From Macrostomum lignano (taxonomy: Eukaryota), in contig NIVC01002691.1 of the NCBI GenBank assembly GCA_002269645.1, forward strand, positions 1 through 64,000: 64,000 nt of DNA, given 5' to 3'. Shown one piece after another: positions 61,055 to 64,000 of this stretch (within the stretch, counting starts at the first letter, position 1; every line of letters begins with the position of its first letter). The position numbers and the translations under genes are program-made. A model generated the notes under the pieces. That model worked only from the letters and a program-made list of their open reading frames with translations. It searched no databases and was not told the origin of the DNA.

Positions 61055-64000
61055 CACGCCTATGCAGAAGCTGAAAAATGGGGAAAGAAAATTCCCTAAG
61101 AAACTAATGCTTTTCCCAGCCCCAAGGACCTATGCAGATTTCAAAAACAGTGTCAGACAAATCTAATCGCCTTGTCAAAAATGGTAATATGAATTTTTAT
61201 ATTATATGCAAATTACATGTAAGATGATAGATATTTAAGGCGAAACCCATCGATAATATTAATGTTAATATAAGTTCGTAGTTTTAATATTATTTTTAAT
61301 CATTAAAGGAACGTGCAAATGTATTAGTATTAATATTATAAAATGAGAACCATGCACTTATTATTGCTAATGTCCGTATGGAATAAAGTGCGCATGGATA
61401 TTAAGTACACAAGCTAAATCCTAGAAATCTTGGCAGGCATGAAAATGCTTGACATCAAATATGGCTGGAATTGTAGCTAACAACTGCGCGCAGCAGGCAT
61501 TCTGCATACTGCAAATGCCCCAGAGGCCTGCAAAACCGCTGCCACGTCGAACGAAAGTCGCTGTGTGCAGACTCGACTGCCTGCTCACTGAAGGTCCCAA
61601 GGCCTGAGTTGAATCGCTCGCAGAACTCCGGAACATGGTGGAAAAGGGCGTGCATCTTAGGTGTCGGCACCAGCTTCAGTTCAGCGCAGCAGGATTCCAG
61701 CTGGGCAATCTTCTGGCAAAAGTCGCTCATCAGCTGTTGCCCAAAGCATGCTTGGCGAACAGCATCGAATGCCATGAGAGCAGACGCATAGCCCTGGAGC
61801 CTTGATGGCAGGTTGCTCTTGAGCTCTTGAGCTTTAAGCAGCAATCTGACACACGCAGGGCCTTCCAGACACCCGCCGTGGTACTGCTCGCGACAGATTC
61901 CAGCTGAATGCGCCCACTTGTATGCCTTGTCGTCGCCTCAAGCTGAGTTCAGCTGATCGAGCAGTTTGTTGGTCACACCAAGCATGATGTGCAGCTCTGG
62001 TGGTGGCACGAGGTCCAGCATTGGCGTAGAATCAGCCCCAGGGAGAAGAGGCTGTCTGACACAGCTTGCGTAGTTTCTTGCCAGTCGCTGGCAGCTACCA
62101 GCAGCCTCGAATGCCGTGGCCATCCGACGAATGGATCCAAGGGTTCTTATGGAACCGGCAACTTGCCACGGCGCCTGCCCCTCACAGTAGAGACAAGGAT
62201 GAGCTGCGGCATGACTTTGAAGGCCACACAGGATGTTGGCTAGCTTGAAGTCGCAAGCGACTGTGAACTTAATCGATGTCAAGTCTAGCTCATCTAGAAG
62301 TGCTCGCACATTTGCATAGTTCTCCTGGACATCCTCAGCAATCGCGATGATAAACAGTTTTTTTACGCCAAAGTTGCTTATTCGCGACTCCCTGCTCAGC
62401 TTCTTAGGTGTGGACTCTGCCTGTGGTTCGGTAGGCAGTACTGGGGCGACACTAAGGCAGATTTTTAGCGAGCCACCACCTCCGTCCATCCCCAGCTTCA
62501 ATCTCACATCGAACTCACTAAATCCTCGCTTTGAGCAAATGAAGCTCAGCAGTCCCTGCAGATCGGGGCATATGACGGAACATCTTGTGGTATCAGTAAA
62601 GCTGCCACCTGAGGACTTTTGAGTGAATTTGAGCTGCCGCATCTCAAAAAAACTCTCCGCGATGCTGCCTGCGGCTGCCAGAGCTGCCCGCAGTCCGGGT
62701 TGCACGGCCTTACGACTGCCCTCCGCCTGCCTGATAATTGTGGCTGCCATGTTTGTCTGCCGGTCACTCAGATTGAGAGATGTCTTTAACGTTACTAGTG
62801 TCTCGGTCCTCAGCGCTCTCTGCTCATTTGAATCACTTGCATGCCTCAGCTGCATTGGTGGGCCACCGGTGGCGCTGGAAATAGAAGCCGTTGATCCATG
62901 TCCTGATGCTGCTGCTGCTCTTAGCTTTTCACGCATCACGTCATGAGCGATGTGCTCTTTTGATGTAGGGCTGAGCGTGCGCAGGTACTGCAACTTGCTG
63001 GAGACGCTGCACTCGTGCCTTAGGCCTTTGCCCACAAGTGAGTGGCACCTAGTGCAGCGCTTCTCCGAGTCTCTGTCCTGGCTTCGAGTTGTTTCTGCAG
63101 GTCGTCCTTGGGGCAATTTATGGTTGGCCCGGCTGCTGTCAGACATGTATGGGTGCCAGACCGCCACCCGCTTGTTTGATGGGCTGGAAACTACCTGGCA
63201 GATACAGCAGGAGCAGTGCGGATGCTCACGTGTGAGTTGTGGCAAAACCTCCAAATCTGCAACAATTTGAAGGTATGGCAGTCGAGCAGGCAGTTCTTGC
63301 GGTACAGGTGACGTCTGTGACTGCAATTTCTTGATGCAGCAGCTGCACATGCCTCCTGGCAGAGTATTACGGATGTAGGCATGACAGAATTCTGACAGGA
63401 TAAATTGCTCGATGAGTTCTGCCTGAGCAGCTGAAATAACGCGATCGGCTTTGCGGAAGCAGAGGATGCAGCACCAGATACGATTCTCTTCATGTGTGCG
63501 TCGAAAGTTTGGCATCGCGAGGCCAGAGAACTGATTTGAGTACTGAGGGTAATTGTTTCAATTGACTGCAACTTTATTTTCAAAGGAAGTCTGCGTGTTA
63601 GCAAACTTGTGATAAGAGGCATGTTCTACTTTATGAATGTACATAGTCTGTTCATTGTTTCTCAATCCCTTAATCACAATAGATCTCAATAAATATGTAC
63701 ATTTGAGTTGTCTGCCAAAATTTCTATCTAATAATGTACAGCATTATATAACGCCCTTAAATTTATGCTCTAAACTTTGCAATTGATGCCTGCTCTTGTT
63801 ACGCAATTGTTTTCAGTACTTGCAATGGCGCAACTGACGAATCTAATACTGAACATGCAGCTGAGAACACATAATTTCAATTTTCCATTCTATTATTTTT
63901 GGACAAGGCGATTAGATTTGTCTGACACTGTTTTTGGAATCTGCATGGGTCCTTGGGGCTGGGAAAAGCATTAGTTTCTTAGGGAATTTTCTTTCCCCAT
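61055..64000 (-). mobile_element. Chapaev DNA transposon (right terminus about 25 bp beyond the window)
   Basis: About 130-bp TIRs starting CACGCC (61055-61185 versus 63895-64000, about 3 differences); Chapaev-type transposase. Confidence 0.9.
61455..63515 (-). pseudogene. Chapaev transposase with one in-frame TGA at 61940-61938
   Basis: H-x7-C-x2-C (HEENRIWCCILC) and P-x3-C-x2-C zinc motifs; GMDGGGG, DFKL, HPCLYC, PPPELH, YHGG, SEQAVESAH; the two ORFs are in the same frame across the stop. Confidence 0.85.

Overview
Eukaryotic, animal genomic DNA. It is probably a free-living flatworm such as Macrostomum; this is inferred only from GC-rich exons, minisatellite-filled introns and gene content. 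Host genes: two tandem BCMA/TACI-like single-CRD TNF receptors, a 2-exon cupin-like orphan, a small 2-exon putative ciliary protein, an atypical class A GPCR, beta-tubulin and dymeclin. Mobile DNA: (i) a Ty3/Gypsy-like LTR element (1-8016, minus strand) that encodes only Gag plus a -1-frameshifted protease, with a tRNA-Leu PBS, a 2.2-kb LTR, an array of PBS-like motifs and an antisense exon; (ii) a hAT-type MITE family whose interior carries about 65 nt of 28S rRNA (helix 69-71, the R2/I-PpoI target region), present as three nested or adjacent copies with their own 8-bp TSDs plus a distant decayed copy; (iii) an APE-RT LINE (RTEX/L2-like) whose ORF1 and ORF2 are separated by a single in-frame TGA; (iv) a Chapaev transposon with one nonsense codon; (v) several other MITE, foldback, LTR and RTE relics. 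About 14 kb (roughly a fifth, my estimate) is 15 unrelated micro/minisatellites, and every intron I could define contains one. All analysis was by eye; no searches were run.
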